Of a stretch of 64,000 bases of DNA, positions 22,045 to 32,130 are shown one piece after another. This DNA is from Candidatus Uhrbacteria bacterium. Lineage in GTDB: Bacteria > Patescibacteriota > Patescibacteriia > UBA9934 > GWF2-40-263. A program made the translations under genes and the position numbers. Location of the stretch: NCBI GenBank assembly GCA_037131775.1, contig JBAXQK010000002.1, positions 87,493 to 151,492 of the forward strand, given 5' to 3'. Position 1 is the stretch's first letter, and each line of letters opens with the position of its first letter. The notes under the pieces are model-generated. The model saw only the letters and a list, made by a program, of their open reading frames with translations, had not been told where the DNA came from and searched no databases.

Positions 22045-22725
22045 TTATCCCGCGAAAATCGCATTGAAGAACCCCGCGCAAGAATCCCCCAGCAGAACGT
22101 CACACGTCGCGAACGCGGGGCGGCTGACGAAGAAGAACACGTCGAGGTGGGTCACGAGCGACAGCAGGATCAGGACCATCAGGAGCTGCGGACCTCGGAC
22201 AAGGACGATCTGGCGGAGGTTTGCATAGCGCGGGGCGTCGAACAGGGCCAGGAACAGCTTCGATCCGTCGAGCGGCGGGACGGGGACGAAGTTGAAGAAC
22301 ATCAGGAAGAGGTTGAGGATGATCAGGAGAAAGAGGAAGACGATCAGGAGATTGAGCGACGTGACGATCTGACTGCCCACGAAGAACCGGATTGCCAGGG
22401 CCGCGACGGTCGCGACGATGAGATTTGAAAACGGGCCGGCGAGCGCGATCAGGACGGAATCCCACTTTGGGTTCTTGAGGTTGTACGGGTTGAACGGCAC
22501 CGGCTTGGCCCAGCCGAACCCGAACAGCAGCATCGGAACAAACCCGAACAGGTCGAGGTGTGCCAGCGGATTCAGCGTCAGCCGCCCTTCCCGCTCGGCC
22601 GTGAGGTCGCCACGCAGCTTGGCCATGAGCGCGTGCGAGAACTCGTGGATGGTGAGCGACGTCAGGATCGCCGCAAGCCAGGCGAGCGCGGTCATGGGGC
22701 TGGCGGAAAGGAGGGATAGGAACAT
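22045..22725 (-). CDS. site-2 protease (M50) family membrane metalloprotease
   Basis: HEFSH, AGPFSN, NFVPVPPLDG. Confidence 0.93.
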   Translation of the reverse strand: MFLSLLSASPMTALAWLAAILTSLTIHEFSHALMAKLRGDLTAEREGRLTLNPLAHLDLFGFVPMLLFGFGWAKPVPFNPYNLKNPKWDSVLIALAGPFSNLIVATVAALAIRFFVGSQIVTSLNLLIVFLFLLIILNLFLMFFNFVPVPPLDGSKLFLALFDAPRYANLRQIVLVRGPQLLMVLILLSLVTHLDVFFFVSRPAFATCDVLLGDSCAGFFNAIFAG

Positions 22726-22788
22726 ACGGGAGGATTATAGCACAAAGAAAAAGGCCGCCGACAGGAGTCGGCAGCCAAGGGTGTCCCG

Positions 22789-24312
22789 TTAGGGAGCAGA
22801 GCGGACGAGACGCGGGGTGCCGGGGCTGACCCAGCCGTAGTCGCGCTCGATGTCTTCGTCCGACGCAAGCCAGACACGGTCAGTTTCCACGCGGGGATCC
22901 TCGACCTCCCAGTCGTCCGGCCAGCCCTGGAGCTCGACGCCCGCGCTGCGCGTGCTTGCCTCGATGTCGCTGAGCTCGCGGATACATGTGCTCACCGAGG
23001 AGTCCCAGCGGGTCGCGGCCATCCGCGTCAGCGTCGCGCGAGGCACGCTGACATGCGTCATCGAGTCCGGGGCGCATGCGTGCATGAACCACCGCTTGAA
23101 CTCGACGAGCTTCTCGCGCAGCTCGATGCGCTTTGCCACGACGGCGTTATGCCGGGCGATGGCATCAGCGCTCCAACCGAGCATCCCGATGTTGCCGCCG
23201 AACCCAAGGATCCGGAGATCCCCGGCCGCCTCGGGGTCGCCGTTGGCGGCGTGGTGCTTCTTGGAGAAGTTGTTCTGCACCTCCAGCGGCGCCATGAACT
23301 TCAGGAGGAGCACGACGGTCGGGATGATCATCCCGAGGACCCAAAGGGACATGGCCACGATCGCGTTGACCGGGTCGCTCGCGATGAGCTTCTTGAGCGT
23401 CCGGTACTGGTCCATGACGCCGCGGCTGCGAACCCAGTCGCCCGGGTAGGCCGCCGCAAGCTCGGTCTGCGACAGGGCGCGGATCGCGGCGATCCTCTCG
23501 TCGCGCTCCGCGACAACCGCGTCGCCCGCGGCCTGCCCGCCGGAAACCGCGTCGCCCTGCTGCGTCGCTGCCGCCGCGTCAAACTCGGAGAGCTCGACCT
23601 TGGCCGCCGCGTCGTAGTCCTTCAGCTCCTTCCGAATTGCCGTCGCTTGCGCGGTGAGCGTTCCGGTGGTCATGCCCGCGCCAGGAGGGCCCATGTACCG
23701 GCCCGCCGACTCACGAACGGCGTCCAGCATGACGGCGGATAGCCGCTTGGTGATGTCGGCTCGGTTCGCCTTCTGCGTGGCGACCAGCGTGGCGCGGTTG
23801 GCCGCGCTCGTGGCCTTCACCTCGTCGGGACGCCCGCCGAGCTCGGCCTTCTTGTCCGCAAGCCGCGCGGCATAGTCGGCCTCGATCGCGTCGATCGCCG
23901 TCTGACGGATCCCGTCCGCGTCCTCCTTCTCCTCCTTGGTGATCTGCTGGTCGATCGAGTCGTGGAAGAACAGCAGGTCGAACACGGTGGACGTGAACCC
24001 GCTCATGACGAACATCAGCAGAACGCGTGCCGCGATGAGACCGGCGACCCGCTTGAGTCCCTCCGTCGTGTCCTGCGCGCCGATGGTCACCTCGAGCACG
24101 AGAATGGCGAACGCCATCGCGAACCCGAACAGGATGCTGACCGACGACCCGCTGAGCGCGATTCCGAAGACCGCGGTCCACAGGAACCAGTCCATGAAGA
24201 ACTGGACGACGATCATCTGCGCGTACATGCCGAGGTACCGCTTGACGCGCGGCGACATACGGTCGATGCCATACGCATCGAATCCCATCTTCGTGATCAA
24301 GAACAATGTCAT
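22789..24312 (-). CDS. DUF4407-like membrane/coiled-coil protein
   Basis: Three N-terminal TMs, FDLLFFHDSI, ESAG...GPPGAG, coiled coil and C-terminal TM; AGGAG RBS. Confidence 0.6.
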   Translation of the reverse strand: MTLFLITKMGFDAYGIDRMSPRVKRYLGMYAQMIVVQFFMDWFLWTAVFGIALSGSSVSILFGFAMAFAILVLEVTIGAQDTTEGLKRVAGLIAARVLLMFVMSGFTSTVFDLLFFHDSIDQQITKEEKEDADGIRQTAIDAIEADYAARLADKKAELGGRPDEVKATSAANRATLVATQKANRADITKRLSAVMLDAVRESAGRYMGPPGAGMTTGTLTAQATAIRKELKDYDAAAKVELSEFDAAAATQQGDAVSGGQAAGDAVVAERDERIAAIRALSQTELAAAYPGDWVRSRGVMDQYRTLKKLIASDPVNAIVAMSLWVLGMIIPTVVLLLKFMAPLEVQNNFSKKHHAANGDPEAAGDLRILGFGGNIGMLGWSADAIARHNAVVAKRIELREKLVEFKRWFMHACAPDSMTHVSVPRATLTRMAATRWDSSVSTCIRELSDIEASTRSAGVELQGWPDDWEVEDPRVETDRVWLASDEDIERDYGWVSPGTPRLVRSAP

Positions 24313-24416
24313 TCTGACTCCTGGAAAATCCCGTCCCACCCCGCCACCATGGCAGAATGAAACAAGCCGGAATGCTATCACATTCCGGCCGCTTTGTCAA
24401 GCGTTCTATGCTCAAC

Positions 24417-25721
24417 CTAGCTAATTTTACGCTCAATCATAGCTCCGACGCCCCTCAGTTTCTCCACCAGCCGCTCATATCCCCTGTCGAGATGATGAAT
24501 CCCGGTGAGGACGGACGTTCCTTCCGCGACCAGCGCTGCGATCGCCAGCGCCAGTCCCGCGCGGATGTCCGGGACCTCCAAATCCGTCGCCTTCAACGTC
24601 GTCGCGCCGTTCACAACCGCGCTGTGGCGATAGTTCTGCTCCTTGAACCGGCACGGTGATTCTCCCAGGCAGTTGCTGAACAACGTCACGTCCGCGCCCA
24701 TCTTCTTGAGCGCTTCGGTGTAGCCGAGACGTCCTTCCATGACCGTCTCGTGGACGACGCTCGTTCCCTCCGCCTGGGTCAGTGCCACGAGGAACGGCTG
24801 CTGCCAGTCGGTCATGAAGCCCGGGTGCGTTCCGGTCTCGAGCTCGATCCCGCGCAGACCGCCCTTTCCCGAGAACCAGATCCCGTCGTCCTGCACGCGG
24901 TAGTCGCCGCCGATCTTTCGGACCGCATTCAGGAAGGTAATGAGATGCTCGTGCTCGGCGCCCTTCACGAAGATTTCGCCGCGCGTTCCGAGTGCCATCG
25001 CCGCGTAGCTGGCGGCCTCGATACGGTCGGGCATCACGGTGGCCTCGCAGCCATGGAGCTTCTCGACGCCGATGATCTCGACGTTGCGGCCCGAGTTGAT
25101 CTGGATCACCGCGCCCATCTTCTGCAGCATCATGATGAGTCCCTTGATCTCCGGCTCCCCCGCCGCATTGCGGATCACGGTTCGACCGTCGGCAAGAACC
25201 GCTGCAAGAAGCGCCGTCTCGGTCGCCATCACGGATGGATATGGAAACTCGATGAGCGCGCCGTGCAATCGTCCGTTCACCGTCGCATGGTATCCGTCGG
25301 CGGTCGCTTCGACGTTCGCGCCCATCTTCTGCAGCGCATCGACATGGAAGTTCACCGGCCTCTGCCCGATCTTGTCTCCTCCGACCAATGGGACGAACGC
25401 CTCGCCCGCGCGGTGAAGCAACGGCGCGATCGCAAGGACGGAAATGCGATTCTTCTCCGAGAGCGCGCGCACCGACGCGGTCGACACGACCGGCGTCTTC
25501 AGGCGCAGCACATGGTCGCCCTCCCACGCCGTCGTCGCGCCGACGGTCGTGACGATCTCCTCGGTAATCCCCGTCTCGCGCTGTCGCGGGACATTTTTTA
25601 AAATGACCTCCTCGTCGGTAAGCATCGACGCGATGATCATCTTGGACGCGCCGTTCTTCGCGCCGGAAACCTCGATCGAACCCGAAAGCGGGCGCCCGCC
25701 GGTGATGTGAAGTGATTCCAT
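24417..25721 (-). CDS. murA: UDP-N-acetylglucosamine 1-carboxyvinyltransferase (Asp at the Cys115 position)
   Basis: SGAKN, GGDKIGQRPVNFH, PDRIEA, HPGFMTDWQ, DIRAG, LDRGYE. Confidence 0.96.
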   Translation of the reverse strand: MESLHITGGRPLSGSIEVSGAKNGASKMIIASMLTDEEVILKNVPRQRETGITEEIVTTVGATTAWEGDHVLRLKTPVVSTASVRALSEKNRISVLAIAPLLHRAGEAFVPLVGGDKIGQRPVNFHVDALQKMGANVEATADGYHATVNGRLHGALIEFPYPSVMATETALLAAVLADGRTVIRNAAGEPEIKGLIMMLQKMGAVIQINSGRNVEIIGVEKLHGCEATVMPDRIEAASYAAMALGTRGEIFVKGAEHEHLITFLNAVRKIGGDYRVQDDGIWFSGKGGLRGIELETGTHPGFMTDWQQPFLVALTQAEGTSVVHETVMEGRLGYTEALKKMGADVTLFSNCLGESPCRFKEQNYRHSAVVNGATTLKATDLEVPDIRAGLALAIAALVAEGTSVLTGIHHLDRGYERLVEKLRGVGAMIERKIS

Positions 25722-25796
25722 AGTGGGAAGTAGGATAGCGCGTCGAATGGATTGACGCAACCGCAAAAATGCGCTAGGGTTCGTGCAGGAGGCGAC

Positions 25797-26690
25797 ATGA
25801 GGAAGCCATGGAAAAAGCGGCTGCTCGTTCGAGCCTCCGCGTTCGTTCGCAAATGGAAGCAGTTGTTCCGTGAGACGGCGGAGATTCTCCGGCCTGTGGA
25901 CACGTTTGTCCTCGTGGTAACGCACGTCCTGTTCGTCTTCGCAGAGGACGGGCTCGCCCTGGCCGGATTCGCGACGTTCGGAAAGTTTCCCGCGGTCATC
26001 CAGCCGCGCGGCACCGCGCGCGCGACGATCGTCCTCGCACCGGGACTTCAGCAGACGCCGTTCTCCGCCTACCCGTTCGGATGGTTCCTCGCGAAGGCGT
26101 TCCGGTTCCGCGTCCTGCTCGTGCAAACGCCGCGGCAGGGCAACTACGAGACGTTTGAAGAGACGATGGAACGCAACGCGTGGATCCGCGACGGGGTCGG
26201 CGAAGGCCCGGTGATTGGCATCGGGTTCTCCAAGGGTGGCCAGGACCTGGCGTGGATCTTCTCCGCGCTGCTCTACGACGACCCGACGCTCGTCCGCCGC
26301 CTTGCCCTCGTGATGATGTGCACGCCGCTGCGAGGATCGAGGATGGCGAAGGTCGTCCATACCCGCGGCGCCCAGGCGTTGCTCCCGGACGCGCCCGAGA
26401 TCCAGCAGACGCTCCGCCTCGTGGAGGGGTTCGCCGAGCTTGGCATCCCGCTCAAGTTCTACTGCGCCGTGTGGGACCGCATCGTCCGCCGCTCCGACTC
26501 GCGCATCGCGAACGGACAGCGCTATCGCCCGCCGACGTTCCTCGAGCGCCTCCGCGGAATCCGGCGCGCTCAACCCTGGTACTGGTCCCAGACCCTCTGG
26601 TTCCAGTTCGGCCACACCGCCATCTACAACTGGATCGCCTGGATCCAAGTCGGCCGCTACGTTGCCAACGACCTCGTCCCGCGTTTGTAA
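25797..26690 (+). CDS. alpha/beta hydrolase (lipase/esterase-like)
   Basis: GFSKGG nucleophile elbow, WDRIV, GHTAI; AGGAGG RBS. Confidence 0.75.
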   Translation: MRKPWKKRLLVRASAFVRKWKQLFRETAEILRPVDTFVLVVTHVLFVFAEDGLALAGFATFGKFPAVIQPRGTARATIVLAPGLQQTPFSAYPFGWFLAKAFRFRVLLVQTPRQGNYETFEETMERNAWIRDGVGEGPVIGIGFSKGGQDLAWIFSALLYDDPTLVRRLALVMMCTPLRGSRMAKVVHTRGAQALLPDAPEIQQTLRLVEGFAELGIPLKFYCAVWDRIVRRSDSRIANGQRYRPPTFLERLRGIRRAQPWYWSQTLWFQFGHTAIYNWIAWIQVGRYVANDLVPRL

Positions 26691-26849
26691 GACGCGGGAA
26701 TTTTTATTACACTCGAACGGATATGGAACGTCGCGGAGACAACCCAAACGACGATAAAAAAGAACGCCTGCGACGCCGGCGGCTGGAGGAGGCTGCCTCG
26801 GCGCAGGTCGTCGCAAACAAAGAACAGGAGCGTGCGCTCCTGTTCGGCC

Positions 26850-27104
26850 TCATCCAGAAAACCCTTCCTCCCGAAGCCGCTCCGCCTTCCGCCCCTCCCC
26901 GCGATTATATCCTCCCGTTTTTCCGTCGGAACGGATGACCCGATGGCACGGAATCGTCGGATCGAAGTTCCTGCTCAATATCGTCCCCACCGCCCGGCAC
27001 GCCCCGGGCCTCCCCGCCGCGATCGCCACCTGCTTGTAGGTAAGCGTCTTGCCGCGGGGAATTTGTTTTACGATCGCGTAGACGTGTGAGGCGAAAGGGG
27101 TCAT
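26850..27104 (-). CDS. MGMT family alkyl-DNA repair protein
   Basis: IPRGKTLTYKQVA...RAVG...IPCHRVI. Confidence 0.92.
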   Translation of the reverse strand: MTPFASHVYAIVKQIPRGKTLTYKQVAIAAGRPGACRAVGTILSRNFDPTIPCHRVIRSDGKTGGYNRGEGRKAERLREEGFSG

Positions 27105-27109
27105 AGATA

Positions 27110-27259
27110 TTCCCAGGGACTTTAGTCCCGTCCTCCGAGTCGCGACGTTCCCACGATCGGGACTAAAGTCCCTGGGAATACGAGACGCCACTAAAGTGGC
27201 TGGGAAAACGATTTCATAGGGACTTTAGTCCCGTGCGCTTCCCAGGGACTTTAGTCCCG
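27110..27259. repeat. REP cluster on one side of the RAYT
   Basis: Four copies of agggactttagtcccg or its reverse complement plus the variant gccactaaagtggc. Confidence 0.9.
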
Positions 27260-27791
27260 CCGTGATCCGCGTCGGCAATGACTCAAAGAATTCCTTTTCT
27301 CCCAGCGACATCACTGACGAGATAACATCATCCGCATACTCCTTCCCCTCTCGTACGATCACATAGCGATACGACGAAAATGGCCAGTCGAATAATTCCT
27401 GAAGATCCGTCACGTCGCCATGCTTCAAAGGATTGCCAATGACATATCCACGAACGCGATCGAGCAACGATTCCTTCATCGGAACGAATACGTGATATTC
27501 ACCCCAAACCGGCGACGCGATGTCCACCTGCCGTTTGACCTGAAACGAAACGCCGCCGTTAATCCACTGCAACATCGTAGGGATTACGTCGCTCTTCCCA
27601 AAGCTTCCAAGAAAATGATAGTGGTCCTCCATGATTCCATAGTCGGGACACTCGACGCCGAATTTGACGAACGCTTCCTCGAGGCGAACGCGAAGAAGTT
27701 CGCGGAGGGCGAGATCCTTGAAGATCGGTCGGTGACGATCCGTCGGGACGGTGATGAAGTACCAGGAATCGAGGAGGAAGAAACGAGACAT
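27225..27791 (-). mobile_element. REP-associated tyrosine transposase (RAYT, HUH Y1)
   Basis: YFITVPT, MEDHYHFL (HUH), YVIGNPLKHG (catalytic Tyr), WPFSSY; flanked by REPs. Confidence 0.88.
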
Positions 27792-27797
27792 ACTCGA

Positions 27798-27916
27798 CGG
27801 GACTAAAGTCCCTGGGAATTCTTGACGCCACTGAAGTGACTGGGAATTACGTTTACGCTCTGACAGGATTCACAGGGACTTTAGTCCCGTCGGGTTTCCC
27901 AGGGACTTTAGTCCCG
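27798..27916. repeat. REP cluster on the other side of the RAYT
   Basis: Three gggactttagtccc-type copies plus the variant gccactgaagtgac. Confidence 0.9.
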
Positions 27917-28243
27917 TTCGCTTGGAAGAAGAAACCGCGTCAGTTTCCACGCACACACCCTGCAGCTCGACACCGTCCGATACGCGATCTCCGACGCCCA
28001 TGCGAACGGCGGAACGCGGCGATACCACCAAAGCAATCGCCCGGGCGTCGACGTGGCCAGCAACCGAAATACCCCCTCCGCCCCGCGGCTCACCGTGCCG
28101 TCCGTCGCGACGAACTCGGACGACGGCCTCTTCTCCGCGAACGGGACGTACTCGACCGCCTCCCGCGTCGTCCTCTTCCACCGCTGCACCCATAGACGAC
28201 AAAACCGGCACGTCCCGTCGTAATAAAATCGAGGTCTCTCCAT
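27908..28243 (-). CDS. DCC1-like thiol-disulfide oxidoreductase family protein
   Basis: YYDGTCRFC N-terminal motif. Confidence 0.85.
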   Translation of the reverse strand: MERPRFYYDGTCRFCRLWVQRWKRTTREAVEYVPFAEKRPSSEFVATDGTVSRGAEGVFRLLATSTPGRLLWWYRRVPPFAWASEIAYRTVSSCRVCAWKLTRFLLPSERD

Positions 28244-28289
28244 AGTTCGACAAACTCACTACCCGTACGTCTGCTATACTACCCCCGAT

Positions 28290-29528
28290 ATGAAACATCT
28301 CAAAGCATTCGTCCCGCTCCTCCTGGCGGTGTTCACCGACCTCATCGGCTTCGGTATCGCGCTTCCCGTCCTTCCGGGACTGTTCCTGAGCGCAAACGGA
28401 ATTCTGCCGATTGGCACGCCGTACGCGACGCGGACGATCATCCTCGGGTTCATCCTCGGCCTCTTCCCCCTCATCCAAATCTTCTCCGCCCCGGTCCTCG
28501 GCGCGCTCGCCGACCGGCACGGCCGCAAGCCGATCCTCCTGCTTTCGTTCGTCGGGACGCTCGTCGGATACCTGATGTTCGCCGCCGGAATCGTCACGCA
28601 GCAGCTGTGGCTCCTCGTTCTTGGTCGCGCCATCGACGGCGCCACGGGCGGAAACATCTCGGTCGCCTCCGCGGCCATCGCGGACCTGTCGACGGAGAAG
28701 ACGCGTGCGAAAAACTTCGGTCTCATCGGAATGGCGTTCGGGCTCGGATTCGTGATCGGGCCGTTCCTGGGTGGAAAGCTGTCCGATCCGGCGATCGTCT
28801 CCTGGTTCTCGTACGCCACGCCGTTCTGGTTCGCCGCGATCCTTTCCGTCGCGAACATCGCGCTGCTCGCGCTTTTCTTCTCGGAGACGCTCAAAACGAA
28901 GAGACCTACTCCGGTGACGATCATGACGGGAATCCGGAACATCCGCCTCGCGTTCACGATGCCCCGCGTCCGCCTGCTGTTTCTCGTCCAGTTCCTGCTG
29001 ACGCTGGGGTTCACCAGCTACACCTCCTACATGCAGGTGTACCTCATCGACCGGTTTCATATTTCCCAGAGCCAGATCGGCGACGTATTCGGGTTTATCG
29101 GCATCTGCATCGCCATCTCGCAGGGACTCGTCGCCCGCCCCGTCGCCGACCGCTTCTCTTCCGCCGCCGTCCTTCGAATCGCCCCCGTCGGCCTCGCCGC
29201 GACGCTCGCGCTCGTGCTCGTCCCGTCAGAGCTCAAGACGCTCTTCTTCGTCTTCCCGTTCATGGCGATCTTCCAGGGACTCGTCTCCACGAACGTCATG
29301 GCGCTCATCTCCGGGAGCGCCGACAAGGAATCGCAAGGCGAGATCCTCGGCCTCAACCAGTCCGTCGCCTCGTTCGCCCAGTTCCTCCCCGGCCTGTTCG
29401 GCGGCGCCATCGCGGCGATACACCCCGCTGGTCCGACGCTCGCCGGGGCGATCCTGACGCTTGTGGCATGGGTGGTGTTCGTCGTCGGATATCGAGAAAA
29501 GGACGCCGGGAAATTCCATGAGGCGTAA
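28290..29528 (+). CDS. MFS efflux transporter, TetA/DHA1 family
   Basis: DLIGFGIALPVLP, GALADRHGRKP, GFVIGPFLGG; about 12 TM. Confidence 0.92.
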   Translation: MKHLKAFVPLLLAVFTDLIGFGIALPVLPGLFLSANGILPIGTPYATRTIILGFILGLFPLIQIFSAPVLGALADRHGRKPILLLSFVGTLVGYLMFAAGIVTQQLWLLVLGRAIDGATGGNISVASAAIADLSTEKTRAKNFGLIGMAFGLGFVIGPFLGGKLSDPAIVSWFSYATPFWFAAILSVANIALLALFFSETLKTKRPTPVTIMTGIRNIRLAFTMPRVRLLFLVQFLLTLGFTSYTSYMQVYLIDRFHISQSQIGDVFGFIGICIAISQGLVARPVADRFSSAAVLRIAPVGLAATLALVLVPSELKTLFFVFPFMAIFQGLVSTNVMALISGSADKESQGEILGLNQSVASFAQFLPGLFGGAIAAIHPAGPTLAGAILTLVAWVVFVVGYREKDAGKFHEA

Positions 29529-29536
29529 AAAAATTC

Positions 29537-30400
29537 TCACCCGGAGTGGGGTGAGCGAGACAGCTTGTCCGCGAGATCCTTGTCCATGCGGTCGAACGTC
29601 CGTTCGAGAAATTCGTCCGGATCCGACGGGTGCTGGTACAGGTCGATCGTGATGTCGAGCCTGTGGTCGCACAGCTCCAGCATGGAGTAGACGGTCTTTC
29701 CGCCCGGTGGCGTCGGCCAGAGAACGGTAACGATGGCCACGCCGTGGCTGGGAAGAGCGTCGCACATCTCGCGGAACGTTCCCTTTCCGACCAGCTCTCC
29801 GACACACTTGCGCGTTGCGCCTTCCTTCGGGCCGGTAAACCGCTCGCCCTCGGGGAAGATTCCGACGCTGACCGCGTCCTCGCGCGCGAGACGGTAGTAC
29901 TCCTCGAGAACGGGACGGTTGAACTTGCGACGATCCTCACTTGAAAGGTCCGGCATGTCCTTCCGACGCGCGACAATTGCATATCCGTTCCCGCGGAACA
30001 GTTTTCCGAGGAACGGGATTTTCACGATTGCCCATTTCACGACCCACCGGATACTCATCTGCCCGATCATCTTGGTGGCGACGGGATAGTTCACCGCATC
30101 CATCGCATGACGATGGTTTCCCGCGACGATGAACGCTTCTGGACGATCCAGACCGCGGATGTTCGTCCGAACGTGCGCCTCGATGGTGAGTCCGATGAAA
30201 AGCCGGGCCAGGTAGTACAGCGACGCGCCCGCTTCCGCGAGATGGCTGGCGTTCCTGCGCCGGCGCTCCGCCATGTCGACCCGCGTCACGGCCATCCATC
30301 CGCGCTTGGCCATTCCAGCGGGGTAGAAGACGAACAGAAGCGCAAGCCCCCACGCGGTGAGCCCGACTCCAAGGCGAACCCGATTGACGTATTTTTTCAT
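29537..30400 (-). CDS. lysophospholipid acyltransferase (PlsC-like)
   Basis: NHRHAMD (HX4D) and FPEGER. Confidence 0.85.
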   Translation of the reverse strand: MKKYVNRVRLGVGLTAWGLALLFVFYPAGMAKRGWMAVTRVDMAERRRRNASHLAEAGASLYYLARLFIGLTIEAHVRTNIRGLDRPEAFIVAGNHRHAMDAVNYPVATKMIGQMSIRWVVKWAIVKIPFLGKLFRGNGYAIVARRKDMPDLSSEDRRKFNRPVLEEYYRLAREDAVSVGIFPEGERFTGPKEGATRKCVGELVGKGTFREMCDALPSHGVAIVTVLWPTPPGGKTVYSMLELCDHRLDITIDLYQHPSDPDEFLERTFDRMDKDLADKLSRSPHSG

Positions 30401-30505
30401 TTCCGAATGTCCTCCGGAAAACCACCCTACTCCGCGGAACCGATTCGCACAAGGGACACCCCCAAAACGAAAAATCCCCCGTCCGATTGTTCGGACGAGG
30501 CACGG

Positions 30506-30694
30506 TTACCGGGAAACCGGACGGGGGCAGAGCCAAGACGAGGCGATCGTTGCCACGAGCAGGAGCTCGGAGGCGATCAGCACGGCGACGGCGAGGCTGG
30601 GATCTCCCGAGTAGAGGAGACCGGCGGCCAACGGGACGCGAGCAAGAAGGATGGTGAGCGCGATGCGGGACGGAATGCGGATGGTCGCGGACAT
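30506..30694 (-). CDS. small hypothetical membrane protein
   Basis: 62 aa, two hydrophobic segments, AGGAG RBS. Confidence 0.45.
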   Translation of the reverse strand: MSATIRIPSRIALTILLARVPLAAGLLYSGDPSLAVAVLIASELLLVATIASSWLCPRPVSR

Positions 30695-30777
30695 GCAAAT
30701 GCTCCTGAGCCGTTTTGGCCGACCGGCATTGTACGCCATTCCGCGGGATTGTCAATGGGGGCGTCGAATTGAACAAA

Positions 30778-30816
30778 AAGCGCCCGCCCGGAGACACGGT
30801 CTCCGGGCGGGCGCTT
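30778..30816 (-). terminator. intrinsic terminator
   Basis: aagcgcccgcccggagac-acg-gtctccgggcgggcgctt with an A-run on the left. Confidence 0.75.
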
Positions 30817-30827
30817 CGACGTTCCGC

Positions 30828-31397
30828 CTATTTTCCATCCGGTCCCGAGGCCGCGTACCGGACGGGGACGTCCAGCTCGTCGGCGCGGGATGGGTCGCCG
30901 GACGGGTTCGAGCGCATCAGGACGATGGTGCCCGATCCCGGCATGATCGCGACGTAGTCGAGATCCAGGGTAAACGGGACGAATTCGGTCGTCATCCACT
31001 CGCCTTCCGTCTTCGCGGTTCCCGTGCCGAGCGTCTTGCCGTTGGCATCCACGAGCTTCACGAGGAACGATGCGCCGAAAAACCAGCTGCCGCGCGCCTC
31101 GCCGGCGATGGAGATCGGGCTCGACACGTCCGCGTTCGGCTTCGGGCTGGTGACGCGGATGAGATCGCGTTTCGCGATGGCGTTGCCCGTGTTCGTCGGC
31201 GCGAGCGCGTCCGCGTTCGGAGCCGCGACGGCCGGGTCGGACGGATCGGCCGTCGCGTCCGTCGGAGCAACCGTGGTCGATACGGGAGCCGGGGCGGGCT
31301 TCACGGACGGACGTGGCGAGACGTTCGCCGACGAGGAGCAGCCGAAGCCGGACAGGACGACGGCGAGCAGGATGGCGGCGAGATTGAGCGTGCGCAT
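30828..31397 (-). CDS. Gmad2 Ig-like domain lipoprotein
   Basis: LSGFGC lipobox-like sequence; VTSPKPN...GEARGSWFF..F.VKLVD. Confidence 0.8.
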   Translation of the reverse strand: MRTLNLAAILLAVVLSGFGCSSSANVSPRPSVKPAPAPVSTTVAPTDATADPSDPAVAAPNADALAPTNTGNAIAKRDLIRVTSPKPNADVSSPISIAGEARGSWFFGASFLVKLVDANGKTLGTGTAKTEGEWMTTEFVPFTLDLDYVAIMPGSGTIVLMRSNPSGDPSRADELDVPVRYAASGPDGK

Positions 31398-31465
31398 ACG
31401 GGGATGATTCGCGGATTAGCTGACGATCATTGCATCATCCTCCCAATCGCTTATTTGCGCAAGTG

Positions 31466-32047
31466 TTAATTTATTTCGAACGGATTCTCCATGTCGAACA
31501 CGACCACCGGCGAGTGGTTGTTAAAGTGATCCTCATCGAATCCGTATTTCCGCGCGTACAGCGTGTCCGTCGAGCAAAACAGCGCCGTCACGTAGTCGAA
31601 CCCGAGCTTTTCGGACGCCGCGCGCACCGTCGCCTCGTCGCGGCCCTCGACCTCGACGAACGGCTCGAGAAACGGCCACTCGTCGATGGTCACGTCGGTC
31701 CCGTCGAGCCGCCACAGCTCGCGCCGCGTCTCCTGGTGCGCCTTGCGGTCGGCCCCGGCCAGTGACAGCAGCTCGACCGCCGCGCCGAAGTCGTCCACGG
31801 TCAGGCAGATCTCCTTCTGGTCCTCGATCGCCGAGCCGCTCACGACCTTCAAACTCATCGTCACCTTGTCGCCCTCGTCCCGCACCCGAAGCCACGCGCC
31901 CGGAATCTCGTGTCCCTTCGGCAGGTTGAACACCGCGCGCCGCTGCGTGAACTCGGGACGGACGAGCGTCGCGCCGGCGGCACGAAGTTTTGCGCGAACC
32001 GCGTCCTTGTCGACGTTTTCAAACGTTGCCTCGTATTCGATGTTCAT
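31466..32047 (-). CDS. CYTH (class IV adenylate cyclase-like) domain protein
   Basis: IEYEAT (ExExK-like), WLRVRDEG, TIDEWPFLEPFVEVEG. Confidence 0.88.
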   Translation of the reverse strand: MNIEYEATFENVDKDAVRAKLRAAGATLVRPEFTQRRAVFNLPKGHEIPGAWLRVRDEGDKVTMSLKVVSGSAIEDQKEICLTVDDFGAAVELLSLAGADRKAHQETRRELWRLDGTDVTIDEWPFLEPFVEVEGRDEATVRAASEKLGFDYVTALFCSTDTLYARKYGFDEDHFNNHSPVVVFDMENPFEIN

Positions 32048-32130
32048 AGAAATATGCGTTTCGTCCCCATGATGCGACAGAATGCACCGGACGGCAAGGA
32101 AATAAAAAACCGGCACGAATGCCGGAGAGA

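Noticed and set aside
25722-26816. N-terminal extension making MurA 799 aa
   Set aside because: It is the antisense shadow of the plus-strand hydrolase; MurA homology starts at 25721
26723-26938. 71-aa plus-strand ORF
   Set aside because: It overlaps the MGMT gene by about 90 bp and has no recognisable motif; not enough support
27110-27916. Repeat clusters as a CRISPR array
   Set aside because: Copies occur in both orientations with irregular short spacing, flank an HUH transposase, and no cas genes are present; they are REPs
28290-29528. Bona fide tetA resistance gene
   Set aside because: Only family-level DHA1 similarity, no tetR; the substrate cannot be inferred
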